DNA from: a virus
DNA: 64,000 bases
Reading direction: 5' to 3' (one strand)
IMG/VR virus record: IMGVR_UViG_3300031993_000003
The position numbers and the translations under genes were made by a program. Positions 9,954-19,174 of the stretch are shown piece by piece. The notes under the pieces are model-generated. The model made no database searches and was not told where the DNA came from. It saw nothing but the letters and a program-made list of their open reading frames with translations. Numbering within the stretch: the stretch's first letter is position 1; the number at the start of each line of letters is the position of its first letter.

Positions 9954-11010
9954 CGTAATGCTCCGCATTTCCGATGACGGGAAGCTCGCCCGGACGAACG
10001 TGTTCGGGATTTCCGGCATATGGAACAAGGACAAGATTACCGACAAGTTCTACGGTACCGTGGCCATTCTCAGCGAGTTCATGGCCAAGCACGGTGCACT
10101 CCCGGGAATAGTCGCCATGTGCCCCATATCCGTACCCGTGAACGGAAGCTGGCTGCTCAGGAAGGTCGTCGAGAAGATTGTCGACTCCCAGGACGACATA
10201 GAGGCAACCGTGTTCGCCGACGAGTCCACCTACAGGGGCATTCTCGATTGCGACCGCATCAACGACGTGTGGGTCATCGAGCATACCTCCACGGAACAGC
10301 CATTCAGCTACCGCGGGTGGGACCGGGAGGAACCGGAGACGACTGGGATATACAGCATCTCCCGGTTGAAGCGAAAGGCGACCCTCGACATATCCGAGGA
10401 CGACCTTACCGCCGAGATAGAGCGCATGGAGACCGAGATGTCCGACGAGCCCATGTCCGAGAAGGAGGAGGACATGCTCGACCGCATATACGGCATAATA
10501 TCCGGCGGGTGGAAGGTGTTCGACCGATATGGCCACGACATGAACGAGTTCCTCCGCAACACCTCCCCCGGCAGCGTCACCGGGGACATCGACGGGGACG
10601 ACTACGACGGCTGCCTGGAGGACGACCCGGATTCCGGGGAGTTCATGAAGTCCCTCAAGGACGGTGCGCTCGACTCGCCCGCTCCCCTCCGCACGGTGAA
10701 GCTCATGTCGGAAACCCTGGCGATGCTCGGGGAGAACCTGGCCAAGGAGACAGACGCCAGGAAGAAGTCATATGACGAACTAACCCGCAAGTTCTCCGCC
10801 CTCGACGAGCATGCGGTGGGAGTAATCCGGGACTACGAGGAGGCCTCCGCGGTGACACGCGAGGCTGTACGGGAGGAAATCGGGGGGCTCCGGAGGCAGC
10901 TCGGGCTCACCATAGCCGAACGCAAGACGGAAGGTCTCGCGTTCAAGATATGTGCCATAGTATCGTTCGTATCCATGATAGTGAACGCCGTGCTGTTTTT
11001 CCTCAGGTAA
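9940..11010 (+). CDS. Hypothetical protein with a C-terminal transmembrane helix and an acidic central region.
   Basis: 356-aa ORF; C-terminus …ICAIVSFVSMIVNAVLFFLR. Confidence 0.5.
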   Translation: MGRINVMLRISDDGKLARTNVFGISGIWNKDKITDKFYGTVAILSEFMAKHGALPGIVAMCPISVPVNGSWLLRKVVEKIVDSQDDIEATVFADESTYRGILDCDRINDVWVIEHTSTEQPFSYRGWDREEPETTGIYSISRLKRKATLDISEDDLTAEIERMETEMSDEPMSEKEEDMLDRIYGIISGGWKVFDRYGHDMNEFLRNTSPGSVTGDIDGDDYDGCLEDDPDSGEFMKSLKDGALDSPAPLRTVKLMSETLAMLGENLAKETDARKKSYDELTRKFSALDEHAVGVIRDYEEASAVTREAVREEIGGLRRQLGLTIAERKTEGLAFKICAIVSFVSMIVNAVLFFLR

Positions 11011-11043
11011 TAAACTACGGGTATCGAACCAGATAGGTACGCG

Positions 11044-11358
11044 ATGCCTACAAAGCAAGACATTGAATCACTATGCGAAGGTACTCCCGGTGCATTCACC
11101 GAGAGCGTCCTCGGCGCATACGAGGCCATCTTCGAACAGGAAGAACAGCAGAAGGACGAGACCGTCCCGGTAGACGCAGACAGCCTCGTCAACAGCGACA
11201 GCGCCGACGCAATCCCGGCACTACTCAAGACCGCGCAGCAGGCGCAGGAACAGGCCGACCAGCTCCAGGGACAGGCCGACAAGGCCAAGCAGGACCTCAG
11301 GGACGCACTGGCAGTCTCCGGGAACGAACAGGGGAACCAGCAGAATGGCCAGGCATAG
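11044..11358 (+). CDS. Hypothetical Q/E-rich protein.
   Basis: 104-aa ORF. Confidence 0.4.
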   Translation: MPTKQDIESLCEGTPGAFTESVLGAYEAIFEQEEQQKDETVPVDADSLVNSDSADAIPALLKTAQQAQEQADQLQGQADKAKQDLRDALAVSGNEQGNQQNGQA

Positions 11359-11920
11359 CGCCATACTGTCCTTCATGAGGGACATGTACCGGAAGACCGG
11401 TAGCCCCGCAGTCCTCGAGGCCGCCAGGGCATATCGCCGTATCTTCATGGAGCAGGCGCTCTCGGCGTCAGCCACCAGGCAGACCCCGGCAATCGACTAC
11501 AAGGGCTTCATGCACACTGTGGCGCACGCGCCTGCAGGGACCAACCAGCCCGACGTGTGCCCAGCACAGGTCAACACCATCATCAACGGGACGTGCACCA
11601 GGGATACCGGGGAGGAGACCGCGAAGGAACACTGGGAACCTCCCGAGTTCGCCCAGTTCACCCCGGGTGAACTCAACGCGGAGCTCCTGCACGGCAGGGT
11701 CGGCCCGACCCCTACCCCGGAGAACTTCAACGACTACAACCGGAAGACCCGGGAGCAGCTCCAGAAGAACGGGAAGAAGAACCAGCAGGACAAGGCTTAC
11801 CTGGGAGTGCCCGACAGCACCATGCCCGCATGCTGCGGCTTCACCATCACCAACCCCCGGTACCAGCAGGGTGTCTACGCCGGGGATGCCGGGGGAGTTA
11901 CCGGGGGAGCGAATGGATAG
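11345..11920 (+). CDS. Hypothetical protein.
   Basis: 191-aa ORF. Confidence 0.45.
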   Translation: MARHSAILSFMRDMYRKTGSPAVLEAARAYRRIFMEQALSASATRQTPAIDYKGFMHTVAHAPAGTNQPDVCPAQVNTIINGTCTRDTGEETAKEHWEPPEFAQFTPGELNAELLHGRVGPTPTPENFNDYNRKTREQLQKNGKKNQQDKAYLGVPDSTMPACCGFTITNPRYQQGVYAGDAGGVTGGANG

Positions 11921-13334
11921 CTTGAGTGAGATACTCGGGGGACTCCGGGAGGATACCGGGTGCTACCGGGCTATAGTGGAGGCATACGGCGTCCTGTTCG
12001 AGGACGTCGCCTCTACCGCCACCCACAGGACCAAGAGGGTCATCCGGGAGATGTTTCCGGAAATGGCGGACAGATGGGACTCTATAGCGGTAGACGATAC
12101 CGGCCGTCCCATCCTGACGATGACCGGGAAGAAACAGACATATATCGAGTATTTTGAGAGAACCATCAGGAACCGCTTCTTCCATGACGGGGAGAACCAG
12201 AAGTTCGAGCCGGGTGTTGCAAGGATTGCCTACGGCGAGCTGAACCTGGAGAACCGGGGGCAGGATTCCAGGAAGCTGTCCTCCCTGAAGAAGATAGTCA
12301 AGCTGATATCCGATGGTCATGCGGAGGAATACGATTCCGACCTGAACGGACTGTCTTACTCCGGCCTGGAGGCCAGGTTCGGTACGGTCGTCCAGAAGGC
12401 CGACGACGAGCTCAAGACGGAACTTACTTCTGCCAAGTACAAGAACAGCGACTACATTATTGAACCGATACCCGACTTCGATACTGCGAAGAAGTTCAGC
12501 AAGTATACCAACCCGGATTCCCGCTGGTGCATCACTTACCTTAAGAACATGTGGGACAGCTATACTTCCGACGGACTGAACAGGGTCTACTTTGCCTACA
12601 AACCGAACTTCAAGAAAGTTAGCTGGGTAAAGGGGAAGAAGGCTCCACTGGATGAATACGGTCTTTCCCTGATTTCTATCATTGTCGACCCGTGGGAGAA
12701 CTTGAGGGCAGTCACTACCAGGTGGAACCACGACAACGGAGGCTCCGACCAGGCCATGGATGCCCGTCAACTATCGAAACTGCTCGGCGGAAACGTGTTC
12801 GAACTATGCCCGCCTCCGCCGAAACCGGAGCAGCATATCGACCGGGTAGACGAGGATTCGGTGAGGATAGGTGACCAGATTTGGATGTGCCACAACCTCC
12901 AGATGCCCGCAGACCCCGAACACGGTATCTATGTGGAAAACGGAGAGACCTACTTCACATGGGAAGCCGCCATGCGGGTGGCAAAGGAATACGGAAACGG
13001 TTGGAGACTTCCTTCCCGTGAGGACTGGAATAAGCTGTCCAGGTTCTGCGGGGGCGATTTCAAGGCTGGAACCCACCTGAAGTCTACCTCCGGTTGGGAC
13101 GGTGAGAACGGGTTCGATATCTACGGGTTTGACGGGAAGCCCTGTGGGTATTACGCTCCCGGTGATTCCAGGGTGGATTACGGTGGCAACAGCGGTTTCT
13201 TCTGGTCAGCTACACCGTATGGTACGTCGTACGCGTACTACCGTTACCTCGGCTGCCACGGCAGCTACTTCTACGAGTACTACCTTAGCAGGTCCTTCGG
13301 GTTTTCTGTTCGGCTGCTAAAGGATTCCGCTTAA
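11914..13334 (+). CDS. Protein with a C-terminal Fibrobacter-succinogenes-major-paralogous-type domain (…FGFSVRLLKDSA).
   Basis: C-terminal ~110 aa (W/G/Y-rich, ending SVRLLKD) resemble the TIGR02145-type domain that is common in Bacteroidota/Fibrobacter. The start at 11914 (MDSLSEILG…) was chosen over the overlapping upstream frame. Confidence 0.45.
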
Positions 13335-13392
13335 CCGGGTTCCGAAGCGCCCGCGGCCGGCGCAGCCCCGCGGCGGTAGGAACCCGAAATTA

Positions 13393-13415
13393 AAAAGCCC
13401 GCCATCAGGCGGGCT
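13393..13415 (+). terminator. Hairpin GCCCGCC-atcag-GCGGGC followed by a T-run; it fuses directly to the promoter 13-mer.
   Basis: Perfect 7-bp GC stem plus TTTT. Confidence 0.5.
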
Positions 13416-13427
13416 TTTGCTATATTT
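13415..13427 (+). promoter_or_regulatory. TTTGCTATATTTG promoter 13-mer.
   Basis: Exact motif, located at the left junction of the AT-rich IS607-like island. Confidence 0.55.
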
Positions 13428-13799
13428 GTTGTAGAACAGAGGAACACATATGCGGATAGAAGAAATACAGATAATGGAAAATGATAATAACGGTGTAATC
13501 AATCTTGTTCGAGACCGGTTATTCTGGCGGGCTTGGGAGAGGTCAGCCTATCTATTCAATATGCACATCATTCCATACAAGGTCCAGCATAAGTCATATA
13601 AGCAGATTAATAAGGAAATGCTATTTATTGGATTTCCCGATACTTCATTGGATAAGGTTAAACGGATATCAACTGGACAACATTTCGATATACATATTGT
13701 ATCGGAATCACATATTATTAAATGAAAATTGTTATAAACTATTGATAACTGTATAAAAATAATGTATATTTAATATAGTTATTGGTAGGAAACTCAATT

Positions 13800-14426
13800 A
13801 TGAGAGCAAAAGAAGCATTAAACCTGTTGGATGTCACAAGGGAAACTCTATGCCGTTATGTCCGTGAAGGCAAGATTAAGGTAAAACATAAATATAGCCG
13901 AACACGGTATGAATACGATGACGATTCGGTATATGCGTTCATCGGTAAGGTAGTAGATAAGAAGAACCGTGATATAGTTACCTATTCCCGTGTATCTACA
14001 CAAAACCAGAAGAAGCAACTTGAAGAGCAGAAACAACGGATATACGATTCGTGCGTAGCTCGTGGATTGATAGTCTCCAAGCAATACAGCGACATTAAGT
14101 CTGGTATGAACAGTGACCGCAAAGACTTCCAAGAGATAATTAGACGAGTAATCCAGGGCGAACTGGAACTAGTGGTCGTGGAGAACAAGGACAGACTGAT
14201 TCGTTTCGGCTTCGACTTGCTGGAACAGATTTTCAAGTTCTATGATTGTAAAATTCTTGTATTGAATGATGTGCTAGATAACAAGACATACGAACAGGAA
14301 CTCACCGAAGACCTAATCTCGATAATCCACTACTTCACGATGAAGAACTATTCTCACCGTAGAAAGCTCAATACGTTGAGAAAAGAACTAGAAAAGCAAG
14401 AAAACCCATCCAAATTGAATAAATAG
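13800..14426 (+). CDS. tnpA: IS607-type TnpA: N-terminal MerR-like HTH fused to a serine-recombinase (resolvase) catalytic domain.
   Basis: …IVTYSRVSTQNQKKQLEEQ… (catalytic Ser motif Y-x-R-V-S-T), preceded by a HTH. Confidence 0.65.
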   Translation: MRAKEALNLLDVTRETLCRYVREGKIKVKHKYSRTRYEYDDDSVYAFIGKVVDKKNRDIVTYSRVSTQNQKKQLEEQKQRIYDSCVARGLIVSKQYSDIKSGMNSDRKDFQEIIRRVIQGELELVVVENKDRLIRFGFDLLEQIFKFYDCKILVLNDVLDNKTYEQELTEDLISIIHYFTMKNYSHRRKLNTLRKELEKQENPSKLNK

Positions 14427-14474
14427 TTATAGACAACTATATAAACTTATAGATGAAATGGAATAAATATCTAT

Positions 14475-15770
14475 ATGAAGACGGTTAGACTGACGATAAG
14501 CAACAAGATAGATGTGCTGGACGACATGAGGCTGTTCAGCAGTATCGTGCGTGTTGCGTTTAACCGTTACCAGGACGGGATGGAAGAGAAGGAAGTACGA
14601 GCGTACTGCAATTCGATGTTCGACCACAACAGCTGGTTCATCCAGTCCGCCGTCAAGGAAGCTGCTGCGCTGTACAAGCTGAATGGCGAGAAGCATATCC
14701 TGTTCGGTGGAAAGAACAACCTGCACCAGTACCTTGTCGGGATTATAGACAAGACTACTTTCAAGTACCGCAGGATGTTCCCGATAGGCATCCAGGGCGA
14801 GAAACTGCATAAGGGCAATAGGCTGTTTGCCTTTGACCTTGACCATCAACGACTTACATACAAGCCCAGCAAGGACAGACACGTAGACATTCGGTTCCTT
14901 CCGATGAAGAAGAAAATCACCAGTGAAATTGCAAAGGTACAGCAACTTGTCGAACAGAACAAGATAACGGTTTCCGTCAAGTTGTCGGAAAAATATGTAT
15001 GGCTTACCTATGACGAGAGCCTAATATACAATGCGAGGTTCAAGAAGCTAGACTGTAGGCGAGTTCTCGGCATCGACATGAATCCTAACTACATCGGGCT
15101 TTCGGTAATAGAGTTCGACAAGAACGACGAGTTCAAGGTTCTCCATAAGCAAGTGTTCGATTTAAGCAAGCTGACGGGTTCTTCCGGCAAGGCGAGCACT
15201 GACAGTAAGTCCAAGTACATCACGAGCAAGCTAAGGCACGAGACGATTGCAATTGCTCACGAGATTTCCAAACTAGTAGATGTATGGAAGTGCAAGACCG
15301 TGGCTATCGAAGACTTGAGCATCAAGCCGAAAGACCAGAAGAAAGGCAAGAAACTAAACAAGCTGTGCAACAACAAATGGGAACGCCGATTGTTCGTTAC
15401 GAAGCTGAAGATGCTTGCTAACCTGCATAGATTCGATTTGGTTGAGGTCAATCCAGCGTATTCATCCATCGTAGGAAACTTTGCCTACGGTAGCGAGAAT
15501 ACGCCAGACATGGTTGCTGCCAGCATCGAAATCGGCAGACGTGCATACAAGAAATTTGAAAAGAGATGGTTCTATCCAAGATTCAATATTCAGTTCCGAG
15601 ATGAGCAATGGAAGCAAACACTCGGTCCGGTGGATGACTGGAAAGGACTATTCTCAAGAATCAAAGAAACGGGACTGAAATACCGTTTCCTGCTACGGGA
15701 CTATGTCCAGAATGCAGTCTTCAGCAAGAACTATATACAAAAGTGCTATAATATTTACACTTTTGCATAG
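14475..15770 (+). CDS. tnpB: TnpB-like RuvC-fold nuclease (OrfB of IS607/IS605).
   Basis: RuvC-I GIDMN, RuvC-II AIEDL, RuvC-III-like ENTPDMVAAS; 431 aa immediately downstream of tnpA. Confidence 0.6.
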   Translation: MKTVRLTISNKIDVLDDMRLFSSIVRVAFNRYQDGMEEKEVRAYCNSMFDHNSWFIQSAVKEAAALYKLNGEKHILFGGKNNLHQYLVGIIDKTTFKYRRMFPIGIQGEKLHKGNRLFAFDLDHQRLTYKPSKDRHVDIRFLPMKKKITSEIAKVQQLVEQNKITVSVKLSEKYVWLTYDESLIYNARFKKLDCRRVLGIDMNPNYIGLSVIEFDKNDEFKVLHKQVFDLSKLTGSSGKASTDSKSKYITSKLRHETIAIAHEISKLVDVWKCKTVAIEDLSIKPKDQKKGKKLNKLCNNKWERRLFVTKLKMLANLHRFDLVEVNPAYSSIVGNFAYGSENTPDMVAASIEIGRRAYKKFEKRWFYPRFNIQFRDEQWKQTLGPVDDWKGLFSRIKETGLKYRFLLRDYVQNAVFSKNYIQKCYNIYTFA

Positions 15771-16035
15771 TTATATATAGTTTTTGTATTTTAAAGTCTT
15801 TCATACCGAGAATACGGGAATTCCTTGATGGCACACTTGGACTGCAGTTGCACCCGAATAAGATACAGCTCCAGTCCATATATCATGGCTTCGAGTTTCT
15901 TGGAACATACATATTGCCATGGAGGAAGTATCCAGGCCGGAGGCTTCGTAAGAAATTGGCATCCGGCATCAATATGGACGACTATCATGGGGTTCTTTGC
16001 TATCTGAATGGTACTGAATTCCACAAATAGCGACT

Positions 16036-16051
16036 ATTTTTGCTATATTTG
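16036..16051 (+). promoter_or_regulatory. TTTTTGCTATATTTG promoter motif; the ATG of ligA is only 6 nt downstream, so the mRNA may be leaderless.
   Basis: Exact motif; in Bacteroides transcription starts ~7 nt after TAnnTTTG, which falls at or next to the ligA ATG. Confidence 0.55.
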
Positions 16052-16056
16052 TAGGC

Positions 16057-18168
16057 ATGATAGATTTCAAGCAATACACCGAGATGTGCGACGTCCTCAC
16101 CCAGTGGGCGAAGGAATACGCAGCAGGCACGCCCTCCGTTCCGGACGACGTATACGACAAGAACTACATCATGCTCAAGGAGTTCGAGGCGGCGAACCCG
16201 GACTTCATCCTCGATACGTCGCCTACCAGGCACGTCGAGGACGGCGCCGAGGGCTTCCGGAAGGTAAGGCACGAAATCCCGATGATTTCCATCTCCAACT
16301 CCAACGGCATCGAGGAGGCCACCGAGTGGTGCACTGCCACGATGACCAAGGCTCCCACACTGGAACTTGAATACAAGATTGACGGTCTCGGCCTTGCCCT
16401 GAAGTACAAGGACGGCCAGCTCATTGACTCAATCACCAGAGGCAAGGACAACGTGGGCGACTCTGTCTACGAGAACGCTCTCAGAGTCCGCAGAATCCCC
16501 CACAAGATTGACCTCATGGGAGACGTGGAAATCCGCGGCGAGGTGGTATGGAAGTTCGCTGACTTCGAACCAATCAATGACCAGCTCGAGGCGGACGGAA
16601 AGAAAACCTTCGCCAACCCGAGGAATGGCGCCGCCGGTACGCTCAAGATGCACGACCCGGAGGAGGTAGGCCGCCGCGGGCTCTCCTTCATCGGCTACCT
16701 CATCGTCAAGGGCAGCCCGAACATGACCCAGACCCAGGACATCGACACCCTCGAATCACTAGGCTTCGAGGTCCCCGAGCACCACACAGTCAACTCCATA
16801 CAGGACTTCGTTAACATAGCCGAATCCATGCGCGAGCGCCGGTTCGCCCAGGCATATCCCATCGACGGCGTGGTAATCAAGGTGGACAGCAAGGAACTCC
16901 AGTCCACCTTCGGCTACACGGCAAAGTCCCCCAACTTCTACCGTGCCTACAAGTTCCCCCCGGAGGAGAAGGAGACGCTCCTGCTCAACATCGAGGAATC
17001 CATCGGCATGTCCGGCGCAATCACCCCGGTAGCCGTAATCGAGCCGGTGAACCTGGCCATGACCACGGTCACCCGCTGTTCCCTCCACAACTGGGACCTA
17101 GTAGACTACCTCGGCTTGCACAAGGGCTGCCACGTGGTAATCCGGAAGGCGGGCGAGATTATCCCCGAGCTGGTCAAGTGCGTGGAGACCGGCCGTACCA
17201 AGGACGAGTACGAGGTACTCCGCACCAAGGCCGACCGCGAGCACGTAGCCCACGTAATGCCGTGGAACCCTACTACGGATGCAGAACGCCATTACGCCCG
17301 CTACACCCGTCCTTCCCACTGTCCGTATTGCGGCTCGGTGCTGAAGTGCCAGGTGAACGAATCCGGCAAGGAACTGGTTGGATGGGTATGCGACAACCCT
17401 GACTGCCGTGCGCAGCTTACCGGCAAGCTGTCCAACTTCGTCTCCCGCGAGTGCATGAACATCATGGGCGTCGGAGAGTCCATCGTCGACCAGCTCGTGG
17501 AGTCCGGAATGGTCACATGCTTCGCCGACCTGTATACGCTGAATGCGGAATCCGTTGCATCATGGTGTGGAAAGACGGAGAAGGGCGCACAGAAGATTAT
17601 CGACGCAATCCAGAAATCCAAGGGCAACTACCTGCACCAGCTCATCGAGGGGCTCTCCATCCCCGGCATAGGCCACCAGGTGTCACCGGCGATAGCCAAG
17701 TGCGTATCCGACGCGGGCGGGTTCGCAAAGTTCGTCTCGTCCAACCCGGAGGAGTCCGCGGAGTTCATCAGGGATTTCGCAATCAACGCATCCTCGTCCG
17801 GCGTATCTGACCTCCTCGCCAACAAGTTCGTCGAGTACATCACGAACAACGTGGTCCAGATTGCACGGTTCGTCCAGATGGGTATCGCCCAGACAGTCAA
17901 GGAAGTCCAGTCCGCCAAGCTCGCAGGCAAGGTCTGCATCATGACCGGTACCTTCGAGAAGCTCGACCGCGACGTGTTCAAGGACATGGTGGTAGCAAAT
18001 GGCGGTACAGTCTGCTCGTCGATTACCAAGAAATGCAACGTGGTGCTCATGGGAGACAATGCCGGCCCCTCCAAGGTCCAGAAAATCAAGGACCTTACCG
18101 CTGCAGGACAGCACATCGATGTCTACACCCCGGAAACCCTCGACCAGTTCCTGGACCTACTCAAGTGA
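16057..18168 (+). CDS. ligA: NAD+-dependent DNA ligase LigA.
   Basis: Adenylation motif EYKIDGLGLALKY (KxDG); the C-terminal tetra-Cys zinc finger CPYCGSVLKC…C…C; a C-terminal BRCT-like segment; 703 aa. Confidence 0.8.
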   Translation: MIDFKQYTEMCDVLTQWAKEYAAGTPSVPDDVYDKNYIMLKEFEAANPDFILDTSPTRHVEDGAEGFRKVRHEIPMISISNSNGIEEATEWCTATMTKAPTLELEYKIDGLGLALKYKDGQLIDSITRGKDNVGDSVYENALRVRRIPHKIDLMGDVEIRGEVVWKFADFEPINDQLEADGKKTFANPRNGAAGTLKMHDPEEVGRRGLSFIGYLIVKGSPNMTQTQDIDTLESLGFEVPEHHTVNSIQDFVNIAESMRERRFAQAYPIDGVVIKVDSKELQSTFGYTAKSPNFYRAYKFPPEEKETLLLNIEESIGMSGAITPVAVIEPVNLAMTTVTRCSLHNWDLVDYLGLHKGCHVVIRKAGEIIPELVKCVETGRTKDEYEVLRTKADREHVAHVMPWNPTTDAERHYARYTRPSHCPYCGSVLKCQVNESGKELVGWVCDNPDCRAQLTGKLSNFVSRECMNIMGVGESIVDQLVESGMVTCFADLYTLNAESVASWCGKTEKGAQKIIDAIQKSKGNYLHQLIEGLSIPGIGHQVSPAIAKCVSDAGGFAKFVSSNPEESAEFIRDFAINASSSGVSDLLANKFVEYITNNVVQIARFVQMGIAQTVKEVQSAKLAGKVCIMTGTFEKLDRDVFKDMVVANGGTVCSSITKKCNVVLMGDNAGPSKVQKIKDLTAAGQHIDVYTPETLDQFLDLLK

Positions 18169-18173
18169 GGATG

Positions 18174-18406
18174 AAATGGCAAAGGAAGACAACGAATACT
18201 CCAACATGTCTACCGAAAGTGAAGGCACGATATACATAGACTGTGCATCGGGTTTCGGTAACGGGTTCACCTGCCAGATATGCGGGAATGGCCAGGACCT
18301 GCCACCGGGAGTAACCCATGTAGGACTCGCCATGTGCGACAACTGCAAGAAGGTGCTGCTCGAACTCGTACAGAACCACAAGAGCAACTGGGGCAACCAT
18401 GAATAA
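18174..18406 (+). CDS. Small Cys-rich (zinc-ribbon-like) protein.
   Basis: MAKEDNEYS… CQICGNG… CDNC. Confidence 0.4.
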
Positions 18407-18556
18407 GTTGTTTGTAATTTCCATATTCGTCTCGATGCTCGCCCTCTTCGCCCTCCAGTCATGCGGCGACGAGGTCACCGGCCAGCCCGACGAGGAATGC
18501 ATCACAATAGACGACAGCACCAGGCTGTGCGGGGATAAAGAATGGACCGTATACTG
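18398..18556 (+). CDS. Small lipoprotein (MNKLFVISIFVSMLALFALQSCGDE…).
   Basis: Signal peptide plus LQSC lipobox; its 3' end is part of the tandemly duplicated segment. Confidence 0.4.
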
Positions 18557-18769
18557 AAATCGTATTCGCGCGAGGAAATCGCCGAGATGGAACCGGGAAA
18601 GGACCGGTTCTACCTCGCCGAGGACGTCGAGAAGGTAATCGGGGAACTGAACAGGAAGCTCCGGGAGAAACCTCCCGCTGCTACCGGGAGTGACCGGTGG
18701 ATTACCAACGGGCAGGTTCCGGACGACATCCATGAGAACAAAAGGGGCAAGTTGGGAATCTTCGGCTGA
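18542..18769 (+). CDS. Small hypothetical protein, paralog A (MDRILKSYSREEIAEMEPGKDRFYLAEDVE…).
   Basis: 75 aa; the first 30 aa are identical to the ORF at 18826. Confidence 0.5.
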   Translation: MDRILKSYSREEIAEMEPGKDRFYLAEDVEKVIGELNRKLREKPPAATGSDRWITNGQVPDDIHENKRGKLGIFG

Positions 18770-18825
18770 CACCGGGAGGAATGTATAACCATCGACGACA
18801 GCACCAGGCTGTGCGGGGATAAAGA

Positions 18826-19083
18826 ATGGACCGTATACTGAAATCGTATTCGCGCGAGGAAATCGCCGAGATGGAACCGGGAAAGGACCGGTTCTACCTC
18901 GCCGAGGACGTCGAGAGGGAAATCGGCAGGCTCCGGAGGGAACTCCGGGAGGTTAAGGAAGCTCCCGGGGAGAACCGGGAGAAGGTTGTCATATACAAGG
19001 ATGACCGCTGGATATGTAACGGGAATGTCCCGGACCCGGACCCTGCAGAAATCGAGCGTCAAAAGTGGGGACTTTTCGGTTGA
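18826..19083 (+). CDS. Small hypothetical protein, paralog B.
   Basis: 85 aa; its N-terminus is identical to 18542-18769 and its C-terminus has diverged. Confidence 0.5.
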   Translation: MDRILKSYSREEIAEMEPGKDRFYLAEDVEREIGRLRRELREVKEAPGENREKVVIYKDDRWICNGNVPDPDPAEIERQKWGLFG

Positions 19084-19097
19084 CGCCGGGAGGAACC

Positions 19098-19110
19098 TTT
19101 GCTATATTGG
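19098..19110 (+). promoter_or_regulatory. Variant promoter motif TTTGCTATATTGG upstream of the tRNA-Gly fragment.
   Basis: 12/13 match to the 13-mer. Confidence 0.4.
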
Positions 19111-19116
19111 GGGGCA

Positions 19117-19174
19117 TGCGGCGGTAATTCAGTAGGTAGAATATCTGCCTTCCAAGCAGACTGTCGCCGGTTCG
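19117..19174 (+). pseudogene. tRNA-Gly(UCC) 5' portion (acceptor 5' strand through T-loop TTCGA), interrupted by an insertion element.
   Basis: GCGGCGG-TA-ATTC/GAAT D-arm; anticodon stem TCTGC/GCAGA with loop CTTCCAA; T-stem GCCGG; the sequence then leaves the tRNA fold after TTCGA. Confidence 0.55.

Larger units (their letters stand above)
13428..16035 (+). mobile_element. IS607-family-like insertion element (AT-rich island carrying TnpA serine recombinase + TnpB).
   Basis: Abrupt drop in GC over 13.43-16.03 kb; a gene pair typical of IS607; flanked on both sides by the phage promoter 13-mer (13415 and 16039). Confidence 0.6.
18496..19083 (+). repeat. Tandem duplication (~285-bp unit ×2): the first ~140 nt are near-identical and the remainder has diverged.
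   Basis: 18496-18633 is nearly identical to 18781-18918 (…GACGACAGCACCAGGCTGTGCGGGGATAAAGAATGGACCGTATACTGAAATCG…). Confidence 0.7.
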
